From Eledone cirrhosa (taxonomy: Eukaryota): a stretch of DNA of 64,000 bases. The stretch lies in contig OZ024742.1 of the NCBI GenBank assembly GCA_964016885.1, positions 75,206,001-75,270,000 of the forward strand, in the 5' to 3' direction. Every line of letters starts with the position of its first letter. Position 1 is the stretch's first letter. Both the position numbers and the translations under genes were made by a program. The notes under the pieces were generated by a model. The model saw only the letters and a program-made list of their open reading frames with translations, made no database searches and was not told where the DNA came from. This document shows, piece by piece, positions 13,400 through 28,480 of the stretch.

Positions 13400-14074
13400 A
13401 GCAAACAGCACGGACACTCTGTATATATATAGTTATGTAATAAACAACATAAGACAATTATTTCATTTACCATTGTTTTCTTGAAGGCAGATGTTGTGTC
13501 TTTCTTCAGTCGTCAGAATGAATAAATAACATGGTGTTTTTATGAAATATCGATTTGAAAACAAAATTTAGGAAATATGAAAGTGCGACTGAAAAAAACG
13601 GACAACAAGGAAATAAGGGAAAAATATTATAAAAAATATATATAAAAAACATTGAATATCCAGAACATAAACACACACACACACTCAACTACGCGCATAT
13701 ACGTAATAGTATGCAGACGTATACTTTCTCATATAAGCGTATTTGCGTCTACATAGAAATACGACCAGGAACATAAATACATCCACATACATATACACAT
13801 ATGCACTCAAATATGTACACATAAATACACACGCACACATATAAAAGGGGGTGTATACACACATATAAACATACATACATACAAACACAAAAACACAAAA
13901 ACAAAAAGCTCTATACGTACGCGCACGTGTATATACACATACACACATATATATATATATATACACACACACACGTACATATACATACCCATACACTTAT
14001 AATTACAAGCATACACACATACACAAATACATATATATATGTACACACATACATACACCCACACACACAAAATT

Positions 14075-14075
<1 letters not shown>
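13400..14075 (-). mobile_element. Solo PLE-type 3' end / pLTR with HHR (13465-13519)
   Basis: Reverse-complement homolog of about 23040-23652; att-CTGACGA-ctgaag...cttcaa-GAAA-acaatgg-TA-aat with a damaged stem III. Confidence 0.7.
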
Positions 14076-14109
<34 letters not shown>

Positions 14110-14110
<1 letters not shown>

Positions 14111-15933
14111 CGAAGGAAATGTGGTAAGGAACCAGGTGGACCATAACGCACCAAAGTACTCAATACTTGAGGTAGTAGAGTGGGTAATAGGAACCAGTAA
14201 GACCCCGACAGCTGAGCTCAAGCCGTTTTGACGGCTAATTCTGGACTAAATGAAAATTTATCCTGGTATTTAAATAGCCGATCTTCTCAAGGGGTAATTC
14301 CATATATGGTCAAAGTGATTGTCAAAAATCAGTAGTAATTCTGTGGTTGCAAATTAGTAGGGGAGATGGTGGCTAAACCTGCCAGTAGGAGAAAGAGGGG
14401 AAGGGGTGGAGTAGACCCAATCAAGCGTTGGTAGTGCCAGCTACAGCTGGGCATGAGGTCAAAGAAGATACAGGGGAGGGGGAGGGGGAGGAAGTCGGAA
14501 CGGTAGGTAGAACAATGGGGGGTAGAAATATATAGGAAAAAAAATACTGAGAGTGAAGAAAAGCAAATAAGTGTAAAGAAAAAAGTAAAGTAAATTAAAT
14601 TCTACGACCTAGGTCTCAGGCTATTGTTAGGCTAGAATAAAATAAAGAAAGAAAGAAAGAAGTAAAGAAAAAAATAAATAAAGAAATAACGAAATAAGTA
14701 AAAGAACTAGGTGGGACGGATTAGGCAAGGACCCTTTTAAGAGGTATAAGTACGTAAATGATACGGTGACGGGTCAACAAAAGGGGCCAAAATACTAAAG
14801 AGACTACCACGAAATAAACAATAAAGGTTTCCATCCCGGGCCAGCAACGACCCAGTGCAGCAAAGTGAACTTGTACGAGATAATAATTCTGAGTCCCGAG
14901 AAAAATATATACTAATGCTAACTTTAAAAGATCTAAAACAAGCTACATGAAAGTTCGTACGAAATAAAGGTAGAATACGGAGAAATAAATTCAGAATCCA
15001 CCCCGCCCAGAAGAAAAGCGAAGCAAGAAATACTGAAACGAAAAAATAAGGCATAAGTGCCACTAAGAAATATAGAGGGCACAGAGAATAGTGGGAGCGG
15101 TCGGAAAAAGGGGGCAAGTATCTGGGGTCTAAGCCAACTGCTATAAAGGGCGGAGTCCGCCAAATCTATCATAGACTAGGGGAGGGGTGGTGGGGGTACT
15201 AAGGCTACATGGGGCCAAAGGGCAGCCTCGGGTGGGCGATAAAAGACGCCGACAAAGGAGAAGAACTGGGGTAGAAGGACTAAGGAGAGAGGGGGGAAGG
15301 AAATAAAGGAAGCGATAAAAGAATACAAAGAAGATCTTACGTCTTCCTTGGCAAGCAGGGGTTACCCATTGCAAAATCGGCAAGTGGGGTGTTATAGCCC
15401 TAGTCTACCCCCCCGGGTCATTATGGGGATTGAGGGCGAGGTAAGTCCTACGCAATCTATGTTTACATGCAGTAACCAGTTCATCTTTCTTGTTTAGGAG
15501 TTGGTCCGTCGAAAACAGCATTTGTAAAGTTTCCTCCGAGCATAAATTGCACGGACGGCGTCCTCCCTTCACTCTCAGTATTTTTTTTCCTATATATTTC
15601 TACCCCCCATTGTTCTACCTACCGTTCCGACTTCCTCCCCCTCCCCCTCCCCTGTATCTTCTTTGACCTCATGCCCAGCTGTAGCTGGCACTACCAACGC
15701 TTGATTGGGTCTACTCCACCCCCTCCCCTCTTTCTCCTACTGGCAGGTTTAGCCACCATCTCCCCTACTAATTTGCAACCACAGAATTACTACTGATTTT
15801 TGACAATCACTTTGACCATATATGGAATTACCCCTTGAGAAGATCGGCTATTTAAATACCAGGATAAATTTTCATTTAGTCCAGAATTAGCCGTCGAAAC
15901 GGCTTGAGCTCAGCTGTCGGGGTCTTACTGGTT

Positions 15934-15938
<5 letters not shown>
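14110..15938 (-). mobile_element. 5'-truncated Nematis-like PLE 3' end with inverted terminal duplication
   Basis: Minus 15563-15410 translates GRRPCNLCSEETLQMLFSTDQLLNKKDELVTACKHR (GIY-YIG C-terminus; missed by the ORF track); inverted arms 14187-14558 and 15567-15938; HHR in each arm; (TA)n on both sides. Confidence 0.85.
15831..15922 (+). ncRNA. Hammerhead ribozyme, U3-A8 variant with extended stem II (mirror copy 14203-14294 has a core mutation)
   Basis: cccc-TTGAGAA-gatcggcta...tagccgtc-GAAA-cggcttgagctcagctg-TC-gggg. Confidence 0.8.
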
Positions 15939-15970
<32 letters not shown>

Positions 15971-15972
<2 letters not shown>

Positions 15973-16684
15973 AAAGATTTGAATGGATACAGTTTAGTTG
16001 AAAGGAATTTATTGACACGTGTTTCTATAACAGTTACATAACCTGAAAACAGCTACTATCTACAAAGTATTAGTTATGCAGACATTCAATATTTCAATGT
16101 TATTATTTACGGTCATTTCATCAGAATAATATTACTGAGGACCTGTTTGGTTTTTATAGAGAATATTTGGAGGGAGGGGTGAAGTAGTTAGAAGAATAGT
16201 TGAGGGAGTGGTTTTTTGATAGCAGTGAGAATTTTTGGTGGCAGTGAGTAATTAGATTCCCATCTGTTGTTTTGACATTTTTATAGAATATATTATTGGT
16301 TATTTTTCTAAATCTATAGAAGGATTAGAGATAGTAAAGCTATGCGTGGTTGGTTTTGTGTTTGCACTTAATTCACATCCAGACTTAAATTTTTCTTTCA
16401 AGTGTACGTATCCTTTCACCCACGCATTCACACACAAACATATTTGCACACCTCTACAAAATACATATACTCACATTCACATAGTAACATGTTCATACTT
16501 ACATACATATACACATGCATACATATATATATATACACACATGTATTCATGTACATACATACGCGTTCATGTGTATACATTTTTATACTCAACTTATCTT
16601 TATATACACACGTATAGACACACACATATATACATACATACTCTAGTCTATGTGTATATATATACATATACATATATATCTATT

Positions 16685-16716
<32 letters not shown>

Positions 16717-18931
16717 AGCACTTTAATACATGAATACACTTACATCTAACTATACACATCAAACATATATATATATTTACTTATTTATATACATTTTCAC
16801 ATATATATACATACTTATGGTCGCTTTTAGACACATTCATTATCGCATTTTTTCACCTATTCTCATCTGCATATCTTTCCATTATTAGTGTGGTAATTTG
16901 AGGTTATTAATATACATATATATGTTGAGAAGAGATTGTTTTTATATTTTTCTAACTAGATTGAGGTTTATATAGTTGGGGGGATGTCCCTCTTTTATGT
17001 AATATTCGGCTTGTAGTGGGGGAAAAGGGTTTTAGTTCGGTGACGGCAGAATAATGTTCGTTCAATTCTGTTATTCAGCAATTTCTTCTTGTGTGTGATT
17101 TTGTAATAAATCTCAAGATTACAAAATTTGCAGAAATTTTGGCTCCTGGCAAAGCTTTGGGTTTTAGCTAATTTCTCCCATTTTAGGGTAAACTTTTGAT
17201 CGCTATCCCTGAGCGTCCAAGCTTTTTCTGCTAAAGTTGTTACATTTCTTTGACTCTGGTGTTTTATTGAGTAAGGATGCCTATATAATCGAGATTTAAA
17301 CGATGTTGCCGTTGATCCCACGTAATACCACTCGTTGCCTCCGGATTTAATGGTACACTTATAAATAATATTTTTTTCCAGGCAGTTATTGCCGAGGGTC
17401 AGTTGTCAGGATAGGTGCAGTTACAGTTGTGTACATTGGGTTTTCTCTGGAGTAGTATTGCGGACGAACTTAGGTGTGGTTTATTTATGTTCTGTAGTGT
17501 ATTGTCTACTGTTTTTTTTGTGTTCTTTGTACTTAAGTTTTTAGTGTTTTCGTTTAACCTTCTAGTATTGATCTTTTTTATGTGTTGTTCAAGGTTTAAC
17601 GCTGTAGAGTATGACAGTCTTATAGTGGTAGGGTTTAGGATTTTGTGGTATTTGTGTGATGTAGGAAAATGTCTCTTAATTATTTTAAAGAAGAGTACTG
17701 GTAAATTTGTACTAATGGAACTATTGTATTCGGGGTTATACCATAAGTACTCTTTGCATGGCTTTCTATTAGTTTTGTTTGTTGGTTTACAGGTGTGCAT
17801 ACTATGGTAGTAAGTGTGGTTTGGTGTTGTGTTATTATATCTACCTATGTGGGATTTATTTTGTGTGTTTTGATTGTTCCCATCTATATACTCTATTTTG
17901 TTGAGGTAGCCTGCTTTACTAAGGGCGTTATCGTAGTACTCGGCGTGTTCCTTAAATACTTGTATGTTAGAAGATAGACCCGAGATTCTAAGGGAAATAT
18001 TTTTAGGGATAGATTTAATTATAGAGATGGGGTGGTTAGACCCAACATTTACGTATTTGAGATTTTCATTCAATTTATGAAACGGTTTAATCAGACCAGA
18101 GTTTAAATTGAGTGTGACATCCAGGAAGTTAACTACTTTAAGGTTGTATTCATATGTTATAGTTAGTCCTATTTCGAGTAGTAGTTTTCTTATATCTTTG
18201 CGTAGTTTTTTCTAGTTTTTGGTTATTTAGGTTTTTAACTAGGAGGAGAACATCGTCGCGGTATATTCCGCCGTGTAGATTGCTGAATTTTTCCTGGAGT
18301 TTAAATCCGGAGGCAACGAGTGGTATTACGTGGGATCAACGGCAACATCGTTTAAATCTCGATTATATAGGCATTCTTACTCAATAAAACATCAGAGCCA
18401 AAGAAATGTAACAACTTTAGCAGAAAAAGCTTGGACGCTCAGGGATAGCGATCAAAAGTTTACCCTAAAATGGGAGAAATTAGCTAAAACCCAAAGCTTT
18501 TCCAGGAGCCAAAATTTCTGAAAATCGTGTAATCTTGAGATTTATTACATAATCACACACAAGAAGAAATTGCTGAATAACAGAATTGAACGAACATTAT
18601 TCTGCCGTCACCGAACTAAAACCCTTTTTTCTCACTACAAGCCGAATATTACATAAAAGAGGGAAATCCCCCAACTATATAAACCTCAATCTAGTTAGAA
18701 AAATATAAAAACAATCTCTTCTCAACATATATATGTATATTAATAACCTCAAATTACCACACTAATAATGGAAAGGTATGCTGATGAGAATAGGTGAAAA
18801 AATGCGATAATGAATGTGTCTAAAAGCGACCATAAGTATGTATATATATGTGAAAATGTATATAAATAAGTAAATATATATATATGTTTGATGTATATAG
18901 TTAGATGTAAGTGTATTCATGTATTAAAGTG

Positions 18932-19008
<77 letters not shown>

Positions 19009-19848
19009 ATATATATGTATATATATATATAGATATATATGTATATGTATATATATACACATAGACTAGAGTATGTATGTATATATGTGTGTGTCTATAC
19101 GTGTGTATATAAAGATAAGTTGAGTATAAAAATGTATACACATGAACGCGTATGTATGTACATGAATACATGTGTGTATATATATATGTATGCATGTGTA
19201 TATGTATGTAAGTATGAACATGTTACTATGTGAATGTGAGTATATGTATTTTGTAGAGGTGTGCAAATATGTTTGTGTGTGAATGCGTGGGTGAAAGGAT
19301 ACGTACACTTGAAAGAAAAATTTAAGTCTGAATGTGAATTAAGTGCAAACACAAAACCAACCACGCATATCTTTACTATCTCTAATCCTTCTATAGATTT
19401 AGAAAAATAACCAATAATATATTCTATAAAAATGTCAAAACAACAGATGGGAATCTAATTACTCACTGCCACCAAAAATTCTCACTGCTATCAAAAAACC
19501 ATTCCCTCAACTATTCTTCTAACTACTTCACCCCTCCCTCCAAATATTCTCTATAAAAACCAAACAGGTCCTCAGTAATATTATTCTGATGAAATGACCG
19601 TAAATAATAACATTGAAATATTGAATGTCTGCATAACTAATACTTTGTAGATAGTAGCTGTTTTCAGGTTATGTAACTGTTATAGAAACATGTGTCAATA
19701 AATTCCTTTCAACTAAACTGTATCCATTCAAATCTTTCTATTTTTCTCCGGATTACTTTTGGAACTACAACTGGAACCGTCGAGCAAACTCTACGTGAGC
19801 TGTCAATCTACTGTGTGTAATATTTATATTACAACACAACGGAAAATA

Positions 19849-19851
<3 letters not shown>
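15971..19851. mobile_element. Nematis-like PLE, 5'-truncated within RT, with 1.4-kb head-to-head inverted duplication
   Basis: Arms 15972-17350 and 18301-19738 are reverse complements; the minus strand encodes GGIYRDDVLL (about 18260), the thumb/linker (17399-18073) and GIY-YIG (16995-17321), whose copy is 18330-18521(+); HHR cores at 16081-16124(-) and 19586-19629(+). Confidence 0.9.
19586..19629 (+). ncRNA. Hammerhead ribozyme core (mirror at 16081-16124)
   Basis: CTGATGA-aatg...catt-GAAA-tattgaatg-TC; stem I pairing is poor. Confidence 0.6.
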
Positions 19852-19895
<44 letters not shown>

Positions 19896-19899
<4 letters not shown>

Positions 19900-22800
19900 G
19901 AATAATAATAAATGAAGACATTCACATAAACAAAATATATGTTTTATTATATATATTTCGAAGGTACTGTGCTGTTTTTTCAGTACGTCCTCGTCAGATA
20001 AAATACATGAATACCTCAACTGTCTTGATAGTTCAATTCCAGTATTGGCAGTGATTTTACAACACATCTCAACATTTATATACCACAAATAATAACATGA
20101 TACACTTAAATTTAAAGAAGAAGATGATGTGCAGTGAAATATGGGTATATGGAGGTTGTGAATATGGGGAAATGCAAGAAGAAAATAAATAAACACATGC
20201 ATACATAAATATTTAAATGAGTAAATAGAAGTATTAGGGAATAAATATATAAACGGAAAAAGGAAGAGAGAATAAGAAAGAAGAAATAACGACAAAAAAG
20301 AAAGAAAGAAATTATGTGAATAAAGACCGTTGTTTTCAAATATTAAGTCAAATTGAGGCAACCAATTAGATAACATGAAATTTTTTTAATATCTTTTGTA
20401 TTTTGGTTATTTTTAAGCTAATTATACTTATATATTATATCAAAATTAAAAAAAGAAACAGTTTCTTCTATAACCATCGGATACATAGTTTAATTAAGTA
20501 ATATATTCATTAAATATTTTGTTATAATTTAAAAAAACATTTTTATCTTTAAAGCATATTTAAATAATTATTAAATATGTATAAAGATATCTATTAAAAC
20601 ATATTGATATATCACCATCAGTATATATATTTTATATTATATTAAGATGATTTATTATCTGTATTATTCTATTTTCTTTATAAAATCATTTCAATTCATT
20701 GATTGTCATTTAATTACAGGATTAATTTGTAGTTATATTTAATCTCAAAAGTTTTATTATTTCTAATTTACTTCCATAATTACTTATTATTATATATAAT
20801 TACCCTTTAAGGATTACCATATATTATTAGACTGATATAAATCATGTTAAATATACTTTAGGAAGCTATTCGGACAGAACAAAATTATTAACGAAGAATG
20901 TAAACAAAGGAAGATAACTCGTTCATCATATGTGAACATTTAAAACATTTAAGTATTTTGAAAAACAAAAAAGATATTTCAAAACGCAAATCAAGAAATT
21001 TCTAGTTAAACAATGACCTTTCTAAATCCAAACATAGGATACTGAGACACATCTTGAGATTAATTTACTAGATAAAAGCGGCAAATAATTTTTACCGGTA
21101 AGGCAAACCGTCATATATATAACTTTTTAAGAATTATTAATAGTCAATATTTTTTCGAAATTTGTATAATGTTTGAAAAGTTCTTCAGACTTATGTTGAC
21201 AGCTGCTAAATAATTCATTTTTCTTAATTAAATTACCATAATTTGTAATTATCAATAGAGTCTCTAAATTGCAAAGATTGCAATTTAGTAAAATGGATGC
21301 ATTTCGGTAGGTATCAGAACTTTATAACTTACTCCAAGAAATTGAGTAATTGATATTTTTTTCTTTCAAAGATCATATTAATTGTGAGAGTGATGTAGAA
21401 CATTTTTCATCTGGATTAGAAAAAGAATGTTTATGATTGTAAAAACGAAACTTAAACTTAGATGAAGTGGCACCAATGTAGTTATATGTAATATTATTAT
21501 TAGTTTTAATGGTTCATTTATACACTAGATTCTTGTCAAGGCAGTTATTTTGTAAAGGGCATTCGGATTTCCTTCTACAGTTACAATTCATTTCGATGTA
21601 ATTTCTATTCGTATTATTACTATTATTTAGAGGTGTTCTACTATTTTTCGTATTTAAACTATTATTATTGTTATTCAAATTAGCTAATGTATTATTATTA
21701 TTATTGCTATTATCGCTAATTATATGTTGGTTCAAATTAAGATTTTACTATTTATTTTTGCTATATTTTGAGCAATATTCATAGATGTTGAATAATAGAG
21801 TTTAACTGTGTGTCTATTGAAGATAGAATAATACTTATGTGATCTAGGGAAACATTTATCCAAGGCCTTAAAAAATAAATGTGCTAAAGGTATTTTAATA
21901 GCTAAAGATGCTGGCCGAGTATACCAAATTATAGATCTAGTCCTTATTTTTTTCAACAATCTATACCTCAAGTTGTTGTTTTTACAGTCTATTCTGTTAT
22001 TATTATTATTATTATGAATACTGCGATTATAATTAATATTATTTTTTTCTACATACTCAATATTATTTTTATATCCTGCTTTATGCAACCCTTCATTATA
22101 ATATACAGCTTTACTATTAAATATGGATCTATTAGCGGATAGTCTGGATATTCGTTGTTGGACACTGTTGACTATTTCATTTTTAACACTTTTAGGATGA
22201 TTAGAGTAAAAACTAACATAATTTAAGTTTTCATTGAGTTTATGGAAGATGGAAGGGGTAATAGAGGCCTGAGTTCAAATTAAGAGTTACATCTAAAAAA
22301 TTAACTATTTTATTATTATTTTCTACGTCTAATTTCAGGTCATAATTTTTAAAGAATTCTATAATTATTTTCTTTACTCTATTTATTCGCTATTATTATG
22401 TCTATCTACAGTAAATAATATGTCGTCTCTATATAAACCACCGGTAATCTCCGACTGTTTTCTATTTATCATATTAAGGATGAATTCCCACAAGATCGGT
22501 AACTTGCGCCGAACAGACGAGCCCATAGTAATGTCAAAGTTCTTCTGCCAATCAGATCTAGTCCAAAGATCATTGTTAAAATCAATCAAGGTTCGCCTTG
22601 CCGTTAAAATGATATTTATCTCGTCACTAGATAGATCAGTCTGTTTATATGCATATGAAAGCGCCTTATTTAGTAAGTTAGGAGTTATTGAGGAATAATA
22701 ACTCGCTATGTCCATTTGAATGAATTTATGATTTTTCTTATTTTCGATATTATTGAACCATTCCATGACTTCATTTGTGCCCTTCCATGGGTTAAGCCTT

Positions 22801-22933
22801 GACCTCAATTTTAAAAATTGGCATAATCCTATCTATTATGTTTTTACTAATTATTCCAAGATCTGATTTCGAAGGTGCAATAAGTCTAACAATAAATCTA
22901 ACAGGTAAGCCTTCAAAATTTCTTTTATGGTTA
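19896..22933 (-). mobile_element. 5'-truncated Nematis-like PLE (second family)
   Basis: RT (MDIASYYSSI, FDITMGS, GGLYRDDIL; 22383-22808), linker IIWYTRP (21732-22088), CNCRRKSECPLQNNCL plus YIGAT GIY-YIG (about 21170-21590), long 3' UTR ending in an HHR. Confidence 0.88.
19942..20003 (-). ncRNA. Hammerhead ribozyme
   Basis: ttttat-CTGACGA-ggacgtactg...cagtaccttc-GAAA-tatata-TA-ataaaa; 6-bp stem I and palindromic stem III. Confidence 0.75.
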
Positions 22934-22961
22934 TATATATATGTATATATATATATATATG

Positions 22962-23865
<904 letters not shown>

Positions 23866-25263
23866 GAGTTTGTGAGTACTCTGCGTCGTGGATAGTTTTA
23901 ACGTTCGGCTTTGTTTGACTCAACAAGATGTTTCCATAGTTATGCAGCGAGTTCGCGGTAATTCCTATGCAGGTTATACTTGGAGTAATAATAGTGAATG
24001 AATGAAGAGTAACATCGTTGGCTGTACAATAAGGGGCTTTATTTCAAGTACTGATAATTGTTTCATTGATCAGGTGAGTCTAGAGGTCGCTAATCGCTTG
24101 AAGTTGCGTCACTCGATCTCCAATACATTATTTACCTCTGATCAACACATCAGAGTACGTAGATATAAAAATAATTCACTCGAGGCAAGACATATATAGA
24201 AGAATAGCGTATAATTAAAACAATAACATCAATAATAAAACATATATGGTAAATAGGTAGAGAAGTTACAGATGAAAAAGGAAAAAGTAAAATATAAGAT
24301 AGGATACATTAGAAAAGTAAGAAAATAAGATAATGGAAATATAAAGACATAAATAAGGATAAGTGAGAGCATGTAAGTACAGAGTATGTTTGTGGAGGTG
24401 GTGAGTAAGTGTTCTTATAAGGATTCCTTGGTGGGTTTAGTGCTAGCATGAAAAAACAGATTCGAAATATACATAGATACGTGTAGAGACTCTGATGTAG
24501 TGACAGATAAAAGAAAAAAGAGAAAGCAATACATTAGAGATTAATTGGGGGATATAAGAATGAGATTTAAGGGCTAGGGGTGGATTATGAAGGGAGGCTT
24601 GACAAACGTGTGTTGCTGATTGTTCTATCTTAATGGGGTTGATGCTGTTTTAGGGGAAAAGGGTGAAAGAGATGTTCAGAGATTTATGATCCAGTGACTA
24701 GTTGGTCGTTTGACAGCTAATAGCAGTGTGATGGTGACTATTCTATATACTAAAATCTAGGTGGTTCAGTTCTAATTTTGGGATTGCTGGTTCAAATCAT
24801 GGTGGTTTGAAGGTTGTGAATCTGGTAGCTATTTTATGACTACAGAAAATTGATCTTTCTATTTTGCTGTTAAGCAGCATCCCATCGTCCTTAAAATATT
24901 GAGTAGTTCTAAATTACAAAGTCCGCAGTGGGACATTCCGTTGCTGTAGGCCCTTGCTACCGATAATTTTGACCAGCTAATCTTATATTCTAGGTTTTGG
25001 ATTTTAAGCTGCCAGATTTTATTAGCGAGCGTCGTAGAGTTCTCCAGTCTACGGTTCTTTATGGAGTGTCTGTGGACGTACCACCTTTTCTTGAACTCCC
25101 CTGATGTGTTGATCAGAGGTAAATAATGTATTGGAGATCGAGTGACACAACTTCAAGCAAATAGCGACCTCTAGGTTCATCTGATCAATGAATCAATTGT
25201 CAGTACTTGAAATAAAGCCCCTTATTGTACAGCCAACCATGTTACTCTTCATTCTTTCACTAT
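23866..25263 (-). mobile_element. 5'-truncated Nematis-like PLE 3' end with inverted terminal duplication (third family)
   Basis: Minus 25100-24800 translates EFKKRWYVHRHSIKNRRLENSTTLANKIWQLK...CGLCNLE...LLNSKIERSIFCSHK (GIY-YIG C-half; missed by the ORF track); inverted arms 23991-24153 and 25101-25263. Confidence 0.85.
24048..24158 (-). ncRNA. Atypical hammerhead (CUGAUGU core, about 80-nt stem II domain); mirror at 25101-25206
   Basis: gtact-CTGATGT-gttgatcag...ctgatcaat-GAAA-caatta-TC-agtac; the two copies together give the consensus GAAAcaattgTC. Confidence 0.6.
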
Positions 25264-25318
25264 ATATATATATATATATATATAGGCAGATAGATAGGTA
25301 TATATAGATAGATAGATA

Positions 25319-25370
<52 letters not shown>

Positions 25371-25403
25371 TACACACACACACAACACACACACACACAC
25401 ACG

Positions 25404-25475
<72 letters not shown>

Positions 25476-25495
25476 TAGATAGATAGATAGATAGG
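25260..25495. repeat. Compound (TA)n/(GATA)n/(CA)n microsatellite
   Basis: Direct reading. Confidence 0.95.
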
Positions 25496-27098
25496 TACAA
25501 TATATATGTATATATGCCAGGTCTGTTATATATGTTTAGTTATATTTCAAAATCTTATATTGTATTTATCCTTATCAGCGATTGTTTAAGCCACCAGGAA
25601 ATCAAATGCAATTATTAGTCTCTGACGAATAATAATAATACATGCTTTATAGTTTTAGGGACATTTCTGGCGTTCTTGACTTTCGTAACGAAATTATATA
25701 CACTGAATGGTTTTAGTGGGATTTCTGTTTGGAAACAGAATTTATGTGCATTAGAAAACTATATCTCATTATATGGGGTGAGTTGCATCAACCGTAAATA
25801 CAGATTTCTTACTTAGGGGCGTAACCTCATATATCTGTAACATTAAAGGATTGAACTTGTGTGATTTTGAAACCCTTATGCCACCTCAACCCAATAAGGT
25901 GGAAAATGCATGGAAAATAAATGATAACTTACTATTATTTTACGATGCCCCCTAATACAAGTTGAAACGATTTGCATGTCGATATAGTTCTACAAGTTAA
26001 CGATGAACGGGAGTTGTGACATAGCTTTAGTAAAAGAAATTGGATGTGCAGGAGAATGAAATCGCTACAAGCAGAATACTGAAATGGAATTGCAATTATT
26101 TCAATCTAATCTAATAACATAGTCGATGTGTGTATACATTGGCCGTTTATATAAGTCAATTTCTAAAACAAGGTAGTGTGTTGTCATGGTTATTGTCGAA
26201 AAGGCAATACTTTCTTCAGGCATCATTTAAAAGTGAGTCATTATAACATTCAAATATATTAAAGGAGAAATGAGAGAAAGAGAAGCATATTTCCTAAAGA
26301 TTATTCTTTCTAAATATGGCTGCCAATTAAGAAAATTCAAATATTTCTAGAAATTTAAGTTGTCGTAATATTAGACAACACTGTCAAATTTCCTTTGGAT
26401 GCAGCATAACTAAAGAGTTAACGAGATCGTTTCTCAATCATTAGTTCTTGCGTTAGATCCCATTGCGTGGCATATTGACATATTCAGCTGGTGTTACTTG
26501 TCATACACATGGTTCGGCACGTACCTCGTATGTGAATTTGAGAAGACAGAAACTGTTTGTAATCCCATCGAATGGACTGTACTTGTATTTCAAAGGGCCA
26601 GCCATGTCACACAATATGTCAAGCTGAATCTCCCTGACAATTACGTTAACAATACACATGTCTGTGTAACTCTGAGTCAATTCCACGTATATTTCACGAG
26701 CAGGACGTTACATTGAGCGAACAACTAGCTTCCTTAGCTTAGAAAAAGCTAACTAACTATTATTAAATGTTTATTTCATATTCACTGAATTTTTATATGT
26801 AACCATGCGCAAACAAATCTGTATCGATGAAGAATTTCTAATTATATATTCATAGAAAGACAAATTAAAAACCAAAAAACAAAAGCAAAAAAAAAACTGT
26901 TTATCAAACTACAGAAATAAATTACTATTTTTATGAGAAACACCGCAGTGGTCTAGAGAGGGCACTACATACTAATTCATCGTGTCTGTACTCCTGTAAG
27001 GCCTTAAAAGAGTTAGTCAAGATATTTAGTCAGTGTCTATACTTTTAGTTGCCGTGATGCTAACACGTGTCTCTACAAAATCTTTGGTTTCTATTGAG

Positions 27099-27215
27099 TA
27101 CAAGGGTCGGCTGAAAAATTCATAGGTTGAACAGTTCATTGGCTGAAAAGTTCATAGGCTGACCAATACACTCTTATAGAATGATAAAATGAGATTTATT
27201 TTTTAACATTGTCTC
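27099..27215 (+). mobile_element. Relic Tc1/mariner-type terminal sequence
   Basis: ta-caagggtcggctgaaaaattcatagg...ggctgaaaagttcataggctgacca resembles mariner TA|CGAGGG...AAAAGT ends; no partner end or transposase seen. Confidence 0.5.
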
Positions 27216-28480
27216 TAGAGAGAAATGATGCAGTTATTAATAAGAAGAGCTGAAATTAATCCATGCAAGATTTCATAGTTCTAGCATCCCTCCTTCAAAG
27301 TCAGCCTATGAACCTTTCATCTGACGCTCATATATATTCGACGAACTTCATATTAAGATATTATTTAGCATTTTTGAAGATTAAGATTTTGATGATTAAG
27401 TGTGTGTCATTAATAATAAATCACTATTCAACATTATACAATCTTCTGTTTTTATATTGCAGCATAAAGAGTGTCTGTGTATGTTTGTATGTGTTAGTAC
27501 ACGTTCGTTTAAAAAGCAGAATCAAAACTTGCAAAGCTCGTCTATACAGTTCATTATATTTCTTCCGATCCTGTGCTCCACATCTGCATGACTGTATCTC
27601 ATATTCGAAGCTTCCCATTCCCACACCAACACATTTACAACATGTAAAGTATCTGATCAGTCCATTCTGCAAAACCTGGAATTATGATAATTGTTTATTT
27701 AATTAATTAATTGGTTAAATATGTATATTTCTCTTCCTGTTCCGTTATGACATTTTATGTTGGGTAACTCTACCCCATTAACATTCAGAATTTCATTTAT
27801 ATATATATAGACAGGTACACTCACAAGGGCGCACTAGCACACCCAGGTATACTTCACGTTGGATATTATATATATAATTTATATTTATTTTATACAAATA
27901 TCTTATAATTCCTGCAAACTAGCAACCCTGCCCCGCCTCTCTAATTAATCTGCATCCTTTAAGCTTACCTAATAGTAAAGAAAATTTATATTCCACCCAC
28001 GCTACCAGACAAAATACTTTTGATTGTCTCATGGAAGCGTTTTCAATTGGAAATAACTAACTCCACTGATTACCCAGTCTTTGTTTTGAGGCATCCAAAT
28101 ATCGGAGGTATTTCCTCTTCCAGATATATGCAGAAACATGTGGAAGCTAACATGACCTGTGATTAACTGCACCTCAGATACACAAGTTCGGATATAAATA
28201 AAAAGAATATATAGATGTTTAACATTAACCGGGCAGTATGAAACTACTAGTCCCATTTTTCCCACGCCGTTCGACCAAATCCATGTATTAAATAAATAGA
28301 TTTATGTTAATGTTACACACACACACCACACACCACACACACGCACACACACACTGACACATACACATACACACACAGGCACTGACACATACTCACACAC
28401 ACACACAGGCACTGACAGACACAGGCACGCACACACACGCATGCATATCTCTATCTATCTATCTCTCTATATCTATCTAT

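Noticed and set aside
17399-18521. TGA codons at conserved Cys positions (17399-17401 minus; 18519-18521 plus) as possible selenocysteine
   Set aside because: The first is coupled to a frameshift, and the second is TGC in the mirror arm, so both look like ordinary decay; no SECIS was identified.
25785-25893. Short imperfect inverted ends (gggtgagttgcat / atgccacctcaaccc)
   Set aside because: Too short and mismatched to call a MITE without other copies.
26498-26716. Opposed 61-72 aa ORFs of ordinary composition, possible host exon
   Set aside because: No recognisable domain, weak splice signals, and no partner exons identified.
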